From the IMG/VR virus record IMGVR_UViG_3300031857_016701, positions 64,001 to 108,719 of that record: 44,719 nucleotides of DNA. One strand, given 5' to 3'. This stretch comes from a virus (lineage: Duplodnaviria > Heunggongvirae > Uroviricota > Caudoviricetes). Every line of letters starts with the position of its first letter. The first letter of the stretch is position 1. The notes below the pieces were generated by a model. The model was not told where the DNA came from. It saw only the letters and a list, made by a program, of their open reading frames with translations, and made no database searches. The position numbers and the translations under genes were made by a program. Positions 27,945 through 37,221 of the stretch are shown piece by piece.

Positions 27945-27953
27945 ATATATAGG

Positions 27954-29333
27954 TTATTCACTGTCCTCTGTACTATGAGCATTCCACTTGTTGCTCATCA
28001 TTTTCTTGACTACATTTTCTTCTTGACTCATTTCATTCAAGATACCCATACCTTCACGACTGTTTTCCGCAAAGATTCTGATATCACCACAACCAGCATT
28101 CATTCTAGCAGGAAATGTAATACCATCTGGTCCGAACCGATTCTTAATTACATGGAATCGTGCTGTATTAGCCTGTTTATCTGACATCTTACGACTCAAT
28201 GACATAACGAAGTCAGCCGTCATAATCTTACGATAACTGTCAGAAATGTTATTTGCCTGAATAATATCTTCATCCATAGCAGCACGATTACTCTGTGAAG
28301 CACTCCAAATAGGAACTTGTAATTCACCAGCTACACCACGAAGTTCTTCATAAATACCACCAGCTTCACTATAACTATTACTATTACGTTCACTTTGTGA
28401 TGGACGTAGAATATCAGCATAGTCAACAATAATCATGTCAACTTTGGTACCAAGAGTTTGAATACGTTCAGCATGAAGCTTCAAACTATGTGCAGATACT
28501 GTCTTGATCGGATAGTACTTAATGATCAATTTACCTGGAACTTCCGCAATCTTCTTCTTAACAATGTCAATATTGTTACGGATATTCTGGAAATCAATTC
28601 CAGTAAAACAAGCGTCATAACGTAGACCAACATAGTTTTCATTCAATTCCAACGTATAATGTAAAACATTCTTACCTTGTTTCATTGCCTCTGCACCCAT
28701 CTTGGCAAGAACCCAACTCTTACCACTACCAGCACAAGCAGTAATAATTCCAAGTTCACCACCAGCAAGACCACCATCCATAATACTATCTACTTCTGTC
28801 CAATTAGTCTTGACGGTTTTACGAGCCATTTGACTCATACGCTTTTCAATATCAACCATGTATTCATGTCCAATATTGCGTTCCATACCAGCTTTCATCG
28901 CAACATCAACTACATGTTTGATTTTGTCATATTGACCACTCTTCAAATGGTCAACACTTTCCATAATAGCATTCTTAATCTTTTGATTCTTACAAAATTC
29001 AAGAAACTGTTCTTTGATATATTTCAAATCAGTATCACTGATTTTTTGATAAACCAAACGAAGTTGTTCTACAACTGATTGTTTCAACAAATCATTTTCA
29101 ATACCATCTACTTTAACCTTAAAGACTGCCAAGGTTGGTAAATCTTTATATTGAAGAAAATAACTAATCGTTTCTTTAACGATAAATTTATGTGCATCAG
29201 TCTCAAAACTATCTGGTTCCAAGATATCACTGATACGTTCAATGAATGTTTTATCCGACACCAAACCACTAATACATTTGATTTGGAATTCAGATCCGAA
29301 TTTTTTTAGGTTATCAATAATTTTTTCCGACAT
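27954..29333 (-). CDS. dnaB: Replicative helicase (DnaB / T4 gp41-like)
   Basis: GGLAGGELG, Walker A ACAGSGKS, YTLEL, IIVDYADIL, WSASQSNR, KNRFGP. Confidence 0.9.
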   Translation of the reverse strand: MSEKIIDNLKKFGSEFQIKCISGLVSDKTFIERISDILEPDSFETDAHKFIVKETISYFLQYKDLPTLAVFKVKVDGIENDLLKQSVVEQLRLVYQKISDTDLKYIKEQFLEFCKNQKIKNAIMESVDHLKSGQYDKIKHVVDVAMKAGMERNIGHEYMVDIEKRMSQMARKTVKTNWTEVDSIMDGGLAGGELGIITACAGSGKSWVLAKMGAEAMKQGKNVLHYTLELNENYVGLRYDACFTGIDFQNIRNNIDIVKKKIAEVPGKLIIKYYPIKTVSAHSLKLHAERIQTLGTKVDMIIVDYADILRPSQSERNSNSYSEAGGIYEELRGVAGELQVPIWSASQSNRAAMDEDIIQANNISDSYRKIMTADFVMSLSRKMSDKQANTARFHVIKNRFGPDGITFPARMNAGCGDIRIFAENSREGMGILNEMSQEENVVKKMMSNKWNAHSTEDSE

Positions 29334-29359
29334 ATTTTTAATATATTTTATCTACACCA

Positions 29360-29387
29360 ACTCTATCATAGTTTTTCTGTAAACCAA
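29360..29387 (-). promoter_or_regulatory. Probable extended -10 promoter TTGGTT-N16(TG)-TAGAGT
   Basis: TGnTAGAGT upstream of the helicase gene; weak -35. Confidence 0.5.
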
Positions 29388-29393
29388 GAATAT

Positions 29394-30461
29394 TTACAGA
29401 ACCATTGAATTAATTTTTCCAAATACTTCATTCAACCATATCATACTATTTGGAAAGTTATTTTGCATACAATCTTCCACCAACAATTTACTAAAACCAA
29501 ACCTGTCAAGTTTACAGATTGGCTTTTCCATAATTTCATTAATTCTCAATTGCGAGAATGATTGAATTTGAGTATCATGCAACTGCATTAAATCATAATT
29601 ACGTTGCATAACATCTTTGTTTTCCAACACACTATCATATAACTTCAATTTACCCTTATGGGTATCACTATAATTATATAATTCTTGTAATGTGTACCGT
29701 TTATCTTCTGTAAGAATGGGGTAACACTTGATAATAGTTTTTAATCCTGCACCTTTAATGCCGTCAATATTATCACTATCATCACCTTCCATTACTCTAT
29801 AGTTTATAAAGTTCTTACAACTAATACCATATTCCAATAGAATTTCTGCGCATCCATACAATTTCTTTTTGGTTGGACTCCAGATTTTAACTCTATCTCC
29901 AGCTAATTGTAAGAAATCTTTATCAGCACTCATAATGGTAACATTACTATTTTTAAAATATTCTGTTGCCAAATATGCAATTGTGTCATCAGCTTCAATA
30001 TGATCAATTGCCATAGTTGTTACAGGCAATTTATCTAAATATTGAACGGTTCTTAACAACTGTTTCTTTAGATTTTTATCTTCAGTATCTGGTGTAGTAA
30101 GATCATCATAAGCTCTATTAAGCCTAATCTTAGTCTTTCTACCACTTTTATATTGAGGATAAATCTTCCGTCTTTTCAGTGAACCCCCTTGACCATCAGA
30201 TACAACTACAATCTTTGTGGGATTAATTAGTTTAGCTGCATAACCAATGCTTTTTAAACACCCTGCAATTCCACCAGTATGATTACCATTGGAATTGAGG
30301 GAGGGGGAGGCCATGAACGCTCTAATAAAAGTGTTCATGAAATCAACAATTAGTATTTCAGATTCGGAGGATCTATTCAATCCTCCAACTCTGTCTTCTT
30401 GTTTTACATTATCAAATAAAGAAAACAACCTCTTTTTTTCACTGTCAGATAGATTACTCAT
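29394..30461 (-). CDS. 5'-3' exonuclease / T4 RNase H-like flap endonuclease (start moved to ATG 30461)
   Basis: LIVDFMN, RRKIYPQYKSGR, IEADDTIA, MSADKDFLQL, GDDSDNIDGIKGAGLKT. Confidence 0.9.
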   Translation of the reverse strand: MSNLSDSEKKRLFSLFDNVKQEDRVGGLNRSSESEILIVDFMNTFIRAFMASPSLNSNGNHTGGIAGCLKSIGYAAKLINPTKIVVVSDGQGGSLKRRKIYPQYKSGRKTKIRLNRAYDDLTTPDTEDKNLKKQLLRTVQYLDKLPVTTMAIDHIEADDTIAYLATEYFKNSNVTIMSADKDFLQLAGDRVKIWSPTKKKLYGCAEILLEYGISCKNFINYRVMEGDDSDNIDGIKGAGLKTIIKCYPILTEDKRYTLQELYNYSDTHKGKLKLYDSVLENKDVMQRNYDLMQLHDTQIQSFSQLRINEIMEKPICKLDRFGFSKLLVEDCMQNNFPNSMIWLNEVFGKINSMVL

Positions 30462-31605
30462 TCTCAGATGATACACCAGCATCTTCATCATTGTCAACAA
30501 CTGCGTCATCAACAATGATACTATTTGGATCTTTGTACTTCATAATTACAGAATCACAAATCTTCAAGTAAACTTCTTCACTCAAAGTTTTATCTGTTTT
30601 CATTGTTTCTACAAAGTCTTTGGATTGAAACTTCCATTCACTTCCATCATCTTTTTTATAGGTATAATAAGCACCACCTTGTTTAATCAAGTTGTTTTCT
30701 TTCAATACCTTAATCCAAGAACCATAATCTGCAATTCCACTATCAAAGTAAATATCAAAAGAAGCTTGACGTTGTGGTGGACCCATACGGTTCTTGACAA
30801 CTACTGCTTTACATTCATTGCCAATAACTTCTTCACCCTTCTTGAGTTTACCTGTGTTGTTCAAACGAACACGAACTGAACAATGATAAGCAAGTGATTT
30901 ACCACCTGACACTACATACTTATCACCAAATGCCATAGCATTTAGATTTTGACGCAATTGGTTAGTAAATACAGTAAGAACTTTCTGTTTACCAATCATG
31001 TTGGTAATCTTTCTCATAGCCTTACTAATAATAATAGATTTACCAGTAGCAAATCCATCTTTACCATGATCACTTTCCAATTCTACTTTTGTTGATGCAG
31101 CAGCAACAGAATCAACAATGATTGTAAGAATACGATCTTTATTGGACTTTCTTACAATTCCAATCATTTGTTCCATCTTTTCAAAAATATCTTCAACGGT
31201 TTCACATTGAACATATAGAAGTTTTGATAGATCTACACCAAGACTTTTCCAGAATTCTGGAGCAGCAGCATTTTCAGTGTCAATAACAACTGCAATACCA
31301 CCTTTCTTTTGTGTATCTGCAACAACATGAGCAGACACTAGACTCTTACCAGTTCCTTCCAATCCATTGAATTCAACCATCTTACCAACTGGTAAACCAC
31401 CATGAGGACGATTACTAATGGCCAAATCAAGAATAGAAGAACCTGTGCTAATCCAATCACTAATTTCGGCGGGATTTTCTTGTTCATCCAAGAAATAAGC
31501 AATCTTACCGCCATCTTTATTTGCTTTATTTAACTCATTTGCGAGTAACTCTACTAACTCATCTCTTTGAGGAGTTTCTTGTGTAACTTGATTTTTCTTT
31601 TTCAT
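30454..31605 (-). CDS. recA: Recombinase RecA/UvsX
   Basis: ISTGSSILDLAI, GLEGTGKS, IDTE, IVDSVAA, NQLR, GGKSLAYH, KNRMGPP. Confidence 0.95.
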   Translation of the reverse strand: MKKKNQVTQETPQRDELVELLANELNKANKDGGKIAYFLDEQENPAEISDWISTGSSILDLAISNRPHGGLPVGKMVEFNGLEGTGKSLVSAHVVADTQKKGGIAVVIDTENAAAPEFWKSLGVDLSKLLYVQCETVEDIFEKMEQMIGIVRKSNKDRILTIIVDSVAAASTKVELESDHGKDGFATGKSIIISKAMRKITNMIGKQKVLTVFTNQLRQNLNAMAFGDKYVVSGGKSLAYHCSVRVRLNNTGKLKKGEEVIGNECKAVVVKNRMGPPQRQASFDIYFDSGIADYGSWIKVLKENNLIKQGGAYYTYKKDDGSEWKFQSKDFVETMKTDKTLSEEVYLKICDSVIMKYKDPNSIIVDDAVVDNDEDAGVSSENE

Positions 31606-31611
31606 AATAAT

Positions 31612-31654
31612 ATAAAACTAAAATAGGGGTGGCAGTAATATATACTACCACCCC
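31612..31654 (-). terminator. Intrinsic terminator after ssb
   Basis: GGGGTGGTAGTA/TACTGCCACCCC stem (one GU pair) followed by TATTTTAGTTTT. Confidence 0.75.
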
Positions 31655-31670
31655 ATTACAAACAATTTAT

Positions 31671-32495
31671 TTAACTGTTAAACAAATTATCAAAAGCGGC
31701 TGCTACATCATCCGTATTTGATTTTGATGCCTTTGCACTTGGTGATGCGGTAGGACTTTTAACTGCACTTGGTGCTGGTGTTGAAGGTGCGGTAAATGGA
31801 GCATCATCTTCAACAATAGTGTTGACGGTTCCTTCAGGAGATTGAGTTTCTGGATTCAACCATGCATTCATTACTCCCTTGAGTTCTTCATATGAAAATT
31901 CTGGGAACAAATCCAAAATATTGGTTTGTTGTGTTAGAATATCTTTTTGAGCGACATCAATTGCAACACTTGCATTTGGCTTAACACGAATTGTAGTTTC
32001 TGGGAATGACTTGCCAGAATCTTCTGCGGTACGAAATTCTACTACAATATCACGGCCATTTACCAAATCAGTAATATCACCATAATCAACGTCGTTGATG
32101 ATGCTTAGAATTTCTTGGTAAACATTCTTGCCGAATCCCCAGAAACGAACACCTTCACCTTCTTCACCACGAACGATGATAGGAGCATATGTACGCATCT
32201 TTGGTTCCATCTTCTTACCCAAAATCCAGTCTTCCTTGTTTCCGGTCTTCTTCATACGATTAGACCATTCAACGATTGGATCAGGACGGTTAAAACTATC
32301 GGGAGATAGATAAGTCTTGTTGTTGATATTATAGTGGAACTTCAACTCAATAAAAGGATTATCAGGTTGATACTTGTAGGGAACGATACGAACCACTTGT
32401 TTTCCAGGCTTTGGTTTCCAAATTAGATTGGTTTTGTTGCCTTGGTTTGTTAGAGAGCTCAAACGGCTCTTCAATTTTGATATGTCTAATGCCAT
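31671..32495 (-). CDS. ssb: Single-stranded DNA-binding protein (T4 gp32-like)
   Basis: WKPKPG..VRIVP, FHYNI, CP-like SPDSFNRPDPI, WGFGKNVYQ, DITD..GRD, and an acidic DDVAAAFDNLF C-terminus. Confidence 0.85.
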   Translation of the reverse strand: MALDISKLKSRLSSLTNQGNKTNLIWKPKPGKQVVRIVPYKYQPDNPFIELKFHYNINNKTYLSPDSFNRPDPIVEWSNRMKKTGNKEDWILGKKMEPKMRTYAPIIVRGEEGEGVRFWGFGKNVYQEILSIINDVDYGDITDLVNGRDIVVEFRTAEDSGKSFPETTIRVKPNASVAIDVAQKDILTQQTNILDLFPEFSYEELKGVMNAWLNPETQSPEGTVNTIVEDDAPFTAPSTPAPSAVKSPTASPSAKASKSNTDDVAAAFDNLFNS

Positions 32496-32580
32496 AATTT
32501 TTTAATTATTAATTTAGTTAATTAGTTAATTAGATAACTCACACGAATTATTTAACGACAACCAATTAAGTTGTCATCAA
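32496..32580 (-). promoter_or_regulatory. Putative ssb translational operator: two hairpins plus four tandem A/T 8-mers
   Basis: Hairpins at 32552-32580 and 32534-32551; TAATTAAC TAATTAAC TAAATTAA TAATTAAA at 32501-32532. Confidence 0.55.
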
Positions 32581-32607
32581 TATATATGACATCCGAAAAG
32601 ATTTCAA
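32579..32607 (-). promoter_or_regulatory. Sigma70-type promoter TTGAAA-N17-TATATT
   Basis: Read directly upstream of ssb. Confidence 0.6.
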
Positions 32608-32996
32608 CTTATTATATCAAAAATTTTGACAGAGACAATTTTGACTGATACTTCGCTCGTTAAAATAATTGAATTTCTGTAGAGATTCCAATCCAATTGA
32701 AATGTTTTATCAAAAACACCATTGTTTTCTTCAGCAATCAACTTGTTCATCGCATTCAAAGTATAAAGAGTATTTGTTTCTTTTTTTCTATGAACACTAA
32801 TGGTGTTACGAAATTTCATCGTATTCCCATCGATTATGTCAACATTATATGTAGCATACAATTCTTTTGGATTGTTGACATTACACAACAAAAATATTTT
32901 ACCGTTAATAACACTATAGAAACTTTTTATTTCTTGGATAATGTCATTATATTCTTTGGAATTGGTAAATGTACACAATAGTTGTTTGTTCTTCAT
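32604..32996 (-). CDS. Hypothetical protein
   Basis: 130 aa, tightly packed in the minus-strand operon. Confidence 0.75.
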   Translation of the reverse strand: MKNKQLLCTFTNSKEYNDIIQEIKSFYSVINGKIFLLCNVNNPKELYATYNVDIIDGNTMKFRNTISVHRKKETNTLYTLNAMNKLIAEENNGVFDKTFQLDWNLYRNSIILTSEVSVKIVSVKIFDIIS

Positions 32997-33602
32997 TTAT
33001 TTTATTATTAATTGTTTACCATCTATATTCCACAATTTACCAACATAATCTCCCGAAGAATCAAACCAACTATTTCTTTTGTTATAAAATCCAAATTTTA
33101 AAGCTTCTTCTAAAGTATATTCATTAGTCAATGCTTTTTCAATTGCTACAGCATCTTGTTCTTTTTCTTCAGGAGTTCTATCATCACTCTTTTTTTGTTG
33201 TGGTTCTGGTTGTTGAACAGATTGAGTTTGTTGTGGTTCAAATTCAATTTGTTGACCACTTGGTTGTTCTGGTTGTTCATCTCCTGTAAACACATTGGCT
33301 TGACCCTTTTTTGGATTTTCTTCAAAATGAGTACCTCTTTGAATAGCTTTTTGTTTGTATTCAGGAGTTGGAAATGTTACGAGAATACCGTTTGAATTGT
33401 ATGCTTGTCTTTCTGGATATTTACCTTCAAGCATTTTATTCAAATATTGATTGACAATTTTAGAATCTATATTTGATTCTAATAGATATTCTCTTAGTAC
33501 TTCAATATGTTCTTGTTTAGAAATGTCAAATATACCGTTTTCAATTGAATTGTCGGTACTTGCCTTTTCTAATGCTTCAAAAAATATTTGTTTGATGTTC
33601 AT
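32997..33602 (-). CDS. Hypothetical protein, possible head-associated
   Basis: 201 aa with several L/I-x-E motifs and a Q/P/E-rich linker. Confidence 0.6.
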   Translation of the reverse strand: MNIKQIFFEALEKASTDNSIENGIFDISKQEHIEVLREYLLESNIDSKIVNQYLNKMLEGKYPERQAYNSNGILVTFPTPEYKQKAIQRGTHFEENPKKGQANVFTGDEQPEQPSGQQIEFEPQQTQSVQQPEPQQKKSDDRTPEEKEQDAVAIEKALTNEYTLEEALKFGFYNKRNSWFDSSGDYVGKLWNIDGKQLIIK

Positions 33603-33604
33603 AA

Positions 33605-35410
33605 TTAAAATACATCTTCTTCACTTAAATTGGAACGGTGAATTTCTGTCTTGAAAGAAAACTTACTGCCTCTTTCATTTCTTAATTCAATTGCCGAATA
33701 AAATGGTTTTACTTCTACTTTTCCATTTTCTTCTTCTTCTCGTATATCAAAGATAATATATAAATATACAACGAAATATGTTCCGGCCTTATTTTTACTA
33801 ACTTCAAACTTACTTAATCTAAAATTCTTATTTTCATTTGCATCAATTAACTTTTTACCACTTGAAAATTCAGTCTTGGTTCCCATTCTGTTAATTGTCT
33901 TACCATTAAATATTACAAGTGGAAGACTATCATTGTTTCCGAATATCGCTTCGGCAGATATTTGACTTGCAAATTGAATAAAGTCTTTTTTAATTTGAGC
34001 TTCATTGCCAACATTCATAAATCGTTCAATGAACTTTTCATAAAATGCAATAGCCGCAATATTAGAATTGAAAATATTCATTGGTCTAAACGCACCTTTA
34101 TTCAATGGAACATCACCTTTAGTAGATGCGTTAAAATAATCGTTATAAACCTTTATTGAAGCATTCTTTACTTCTTTTACATCTTCCGGTGTAGTTCCAG
34201 TAAGTTGTACCATGAACAAATTCTTATTATCAATTAATCTTACCTTTTCATTTATGGCACTAAATAATGAATCTGGTTGAATTCTATTGATTTGTTGAAT
34301 CAAAATTGCAACATTTTTCTTTAATGAATCCGTCATCTTTACCAATTCTTCATCGGATTCTCTTGCTTCTGATAAAACACCAGTTTCTTTTTCAATATTA
34401 TCCCAACTATTAAACATAGCAGAATATTGATTTCTAGCATAATTCATGTCTTCTTGACATTTTTGTTCAATATTACCAAAAATTTTTACAATAGTGTTTT
34501 TAATTTTTTGTATAAAATCACTCCATCCTTTTGTCAATTCAGCAGATAAATCTCCTATTTTAGATGAAATTCTATTAAGAGACGACTTTAATGATGATAT
34601 AAATTCAATTTCAGTTAGTAGTGTTTTACCAATATAAATTTCTTCAAATATTGGATTTATACTTTCATTTTGAGGAAAAACAGATGCACCACCAGTAAAT
34701 ACACTACGGGGATCTTTTTCAACTGGTTTTTCTCTCTGTGAAGGTGTACCTGAAAATTGTTGTTTATCTGGAAGTATTGATGACATCATTGCAGTGACTC
34801 TTCCGGTACGATAACTATCACCACCAGCTTTTAAAGAAACCATTGCGAATTTCTTTCCAGTACCAGTTATTTCACACAAACTTTCAGCGGTACCACTTAC
34901 TTTTCTATCTTTTAAAGCAATTTGAATTTCGGATATACTACAATTATACAATAATACTACATCCGCAGTATTTTCTTTTTTCTTATCTTTACTAGCATAA
35001 CCACTTTTATTAAAAATCTCGTAGAACTTCTTGATGTCTTGATGAATAAAACCAGTTGGTTTTGCAGAAGTAATATTTGCCAATGTTACAGATGTACCAG
35101 ATGCCAATTCAATTCTAGACTTTATATCAGCATAATTTTGATATAAATCACTTTTTCCTACTTTGGTAATTACTGACTCATCATTGAGTTGTTTTATGCT
35201 TTTTAAAAGTGTTTCAATTTCCGAAGACAATTTTAACCATTTTATTAGTAAACTTTTTTCTTTTGGATAATAATCGCCACTTTCACCAAATATCTTATAT
35301 AACGGAAAACTTTCTCGCATAGGTTGACTGAATGGCAATGGCATAACAGTTTCAACCTGTTGTAACTTACTTTGTAAGTCTTTTAATTTTATTTCTGCAT
35401 CTGTATTCAT
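33605..35410 (-). CDS. Large hypothetical late protein with a possible PD-(D/E)xK nuclease domain
   Basis: ENTADVVLLYN...FAMVSLKAGG motif; TATTTATA 7 nt upstream. Confidence 0.45.
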   Translation of the reverse strand: MNTDAEIKLKDLQSKLQQVETVMPLPFSQPMRESFPLYKIFGESGDYYPKEKSLLIKWLKLSSEIETLLKSIKQLNDESVITKVGKSDLYQNYADIKSRIELASGTSVTLANITSAKPTGFIHQDIKKFYEIFNKSGYASKDKKKENTADVVLLYNCSISEIQIALKDRKVSGTAESLCEITGTGKKFAMVSLKAGGDSYRTGRVTAMMSSILPDKQQFSGTPSQREKPVEKDPRSVFTGGASVFPQNESINPIFEEIYIGKTLLTEIEFISSLKSSLNRISSKIGDLSAELTKGWSDFIQKIKNTIVKIFGNIEQKCQEDMNYARNQYSAMFNSWDNIEKETGVLSEARESDEELVKMTDSLKKNVAILIQQINRIQPDSLFSAINEKVRLIDNKNLFMVQLTGTTPEDVKEVKNASIKVYNDYFNASTKGDVPLNKGAFRPMNIFNSNIAAIAFYEKFIERFMNVGNEAQIKKDFIQFASQISAEAIFGNNDSLPLVIFNGKTINRMGTKTEFSSGKKLIDANENKNFRLSKFEVSKNKAGTYFVVYLYIIFDIREEEENGKVEVKPFYSAIELRNERGSKFSFKTEIHRSNLSEEDVF

Positions 35411-35452
35411 TCGTATATATAAATATTGATATATACACGAAAATCAAAGTTT

Positions 35453-36811
35453 TTAAATATCTACCACCGACATTTCATCATAATTCTTACCAACATAACA
35501 CTTTACTGGAAATTGATTGTTTGACATTAACCGTTTCAATTCCACCAAAGTTTCTTTTTTATCATTTTTATGACAATCAAACAAAACACTGTCGTAAGTA
35601 TATAAAATAGCCTTGGTTTGTTTATTATTCAAATATTCATTGACTCTAACAAGTGATTGCATTCCAAATTCTGTTTCACTAGCTTGTAAGATATAATTAA
35701 ACAGTTTATTTGGACTTGGCTCATTGATATGATTTGTAGTAATTCTTCTCTTATAGATAGGTGTTTCTACATAACCATTTTCACTAAAGAATGTCCATCT
35801 ATGAGCAATATAATCACTCATTTTCTTAAAATATGGTATTTCTAATAATTCTGATGGAATATTACCATACATACATTGAAAAGTAAGATTCTTTGACGCT
35901 TTGATTTCTTCATCCGTTAATGAATCTTTTCCATAATATAACTTACCAAGATATTCATAAGCACTTGGTGGTAAATTGTAATTGATTAACTTTGCAACTA
36001 TGTGGGGGTGGTAGGCGCTATAATCAATCATAAACAACATACCAACTTCACCATATCTGCTAATAAATGATGATCTACAACCGTTTTCTTTGTTCAATGC
36101 ACTATAATTGACATTACCAAACCTATTACTAGGTCTTCCTGTTGCGGTATATAGGTTATATTGAGTATAAACTACACCATCCCTATCTTTGCTGGTTTTG
36201 TTTTCAAAATGCCTATTAAACAATTCAGTATCTACTTTTAACCCATTCTGTTCAAGAATTCTAAGATTGTCTGTAATAGTGCTATTGATACTATGAAAAC
36301 TGTCATCAATTTTGATGGATCTAAGTCTAATCAACACCGCATCATACATGTTTTCAAACTTTTCCAAATGTTTTACCATCGGAATTGCTTTATTTAATTC
36401 ACCATACTTTTGAAATCTGGTTTTGATTACATTATGTGCAGTTGTATCAAATTCACTGTAATCATCAACTTTACCGTCACTAATAAAGAAAATGATGTTG
36501 ATATCATACAGATTATTGATGGGAAATAGATGTAAACACTTTTTCTTATCAAATACCCATTTCTTACCTTTAAGTTTATTAAAGTCGTTGATTAGTGTAT
36601 CTTTATTGATAAAGACATTACAATCTGGGTGAGTGAGATTGATAACATATGTAGTTTTAGATTTGAGTATATGAATCAAAACCATACACAATTCATCTAC
36701 ACAAGGATGTACTTTTTCATCTGATTGAATGCATTCAAGAATAAAATCAGAGGAAATATGAGATTCTAAGAATTTAGAATAAGATTGTTTGTCCAGACAC
36801 ACCATTGACAC
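35453..36811 (-). CDS. polA: Compact family A DNA polymerase (ATG at 36805 is the likelier start)
   Basis: YTATGRPS, motif A MIDYSAYHP, motif B KNLTFQCMYG, LQASETE, motif C YTYDSVLFD. Confidence 0.85.
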   Translation of the reverse strand: MSMVCLDKQSYSKFLESHISSDFILECIQSDEKVHPCVDELCMVLIHILKSKTTYVINLTHPDCNVFINKDTLINDFNKLKGKKWVFDKKKCLHLFPINNLYDINIIFFISDGKVDDYSEFDTTAHNVIKTRFQKYGELNKAIPMVKHLEKFENMYDAVLIRLRSIKIDDSFHSINSTITDNLRILEQNGLKVDTELFNRHFENKTSKDRDGVVYTQYNLYTATGRPSNRFGNVNYSALNKENGCRSSFISRYGEVGMLFMIDYSAYHPHIVAKLINYNLPPSAYEYLGKLYYGKDSLTDEEIKASKNLTFQCMYGNIPSELLEIPYFKKMSDYIAHRWTFFSENGYVETPIYKRRITTNHINEPSPNKLFNYILQASETEFGMQSLVRVNEYLNNKQTKAILYTYDSVLFDCHKNDKKETLVELKRLMSNNQFPVKCYVGKNYDEMSVVDI

Positions 36812-36840
36812 AATGTAACATTATAACAAATGTAAGTCAA
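36812..36840 (-). promoter_or_regulatory. Sigma70-type promoter TTGACT-N17-TACATT
   Basis: Read directly upstream of the polymerase gene. Confidence 0.7.
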
Positions 36841-37221
36841 TTATTTACCATCCCAAAATTCAAGCGGATTATTCAAATAAGTCTTTAATCCTTTCATGTT
36901 TTTTTCACCATCATTTAAAGTTTTAATGTTTTGTTCTTGAACTCCTTTAATTTCAAGAATTTTATTATTATATTGATTGTTTTTTGGACCAGATATTATC
37001 CATTGTATAACCAATTTATTATAATAATTCTTCGAAATGCCATTATAATTTTCTTTATTTACTTCAGTTATTGTTAAATCATTTATTTTTTGAACAAGAT
37101 AACGATTAACATATCCTTTTGAATAATCATTCTTAGTTATATTTGGTTTATAATAACTAGGAAACGTAATATCGGACAGATAATCTCCACCTAAATTTTG
37201 ATATTGATCTGGTGTTATCAT
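36841..37221 (-). CDS. Hypothetical protein in baseplate operon
   Basis: 126 aa, ATGA-coupled to the upstream hub-like gene. Confidence 0.7.
   Translation of the reverse strand: MITPDQYQNLGGDYLSDITFPSYYKPNITKNDYSKGYVNRYLVQKINDLTITEVNKENYNGISKNYYNKLVIQWIISGPKNNQYNNKILEIKGVQEQNIKTLNDGEKNMKGLKTYLNNPLEFWDGK

Noticed and set aside
27940-27956. NrdR box upstream of nrdA
   Set aside because: ACCTATATATCAAT only loosely matches the acaCwAtATaTwGtgt palindrome, and no second box was seen.
30462-30515. N-terminal extension of the 5'-3' exonuclease
   Set aside because: It lies within the recA 3' end in another frame. ATG 30461 gives a normal short overlap.
24491-31605. Introns, inteins or homing endonucleases in nrdA, nrdB, dnaB or recA
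   Set aside because: All are continuous and of normal length, with no intein or HNH/LAGLIDADG/GIY-YIG motifs noticed.
46-33654. Remaining short (60-135 aa) track ORFs nested in or antisense to long genes
   Set aside because: They have no recognisable motifs or initiation context and are expected by chance; the coding capacity is already explained.
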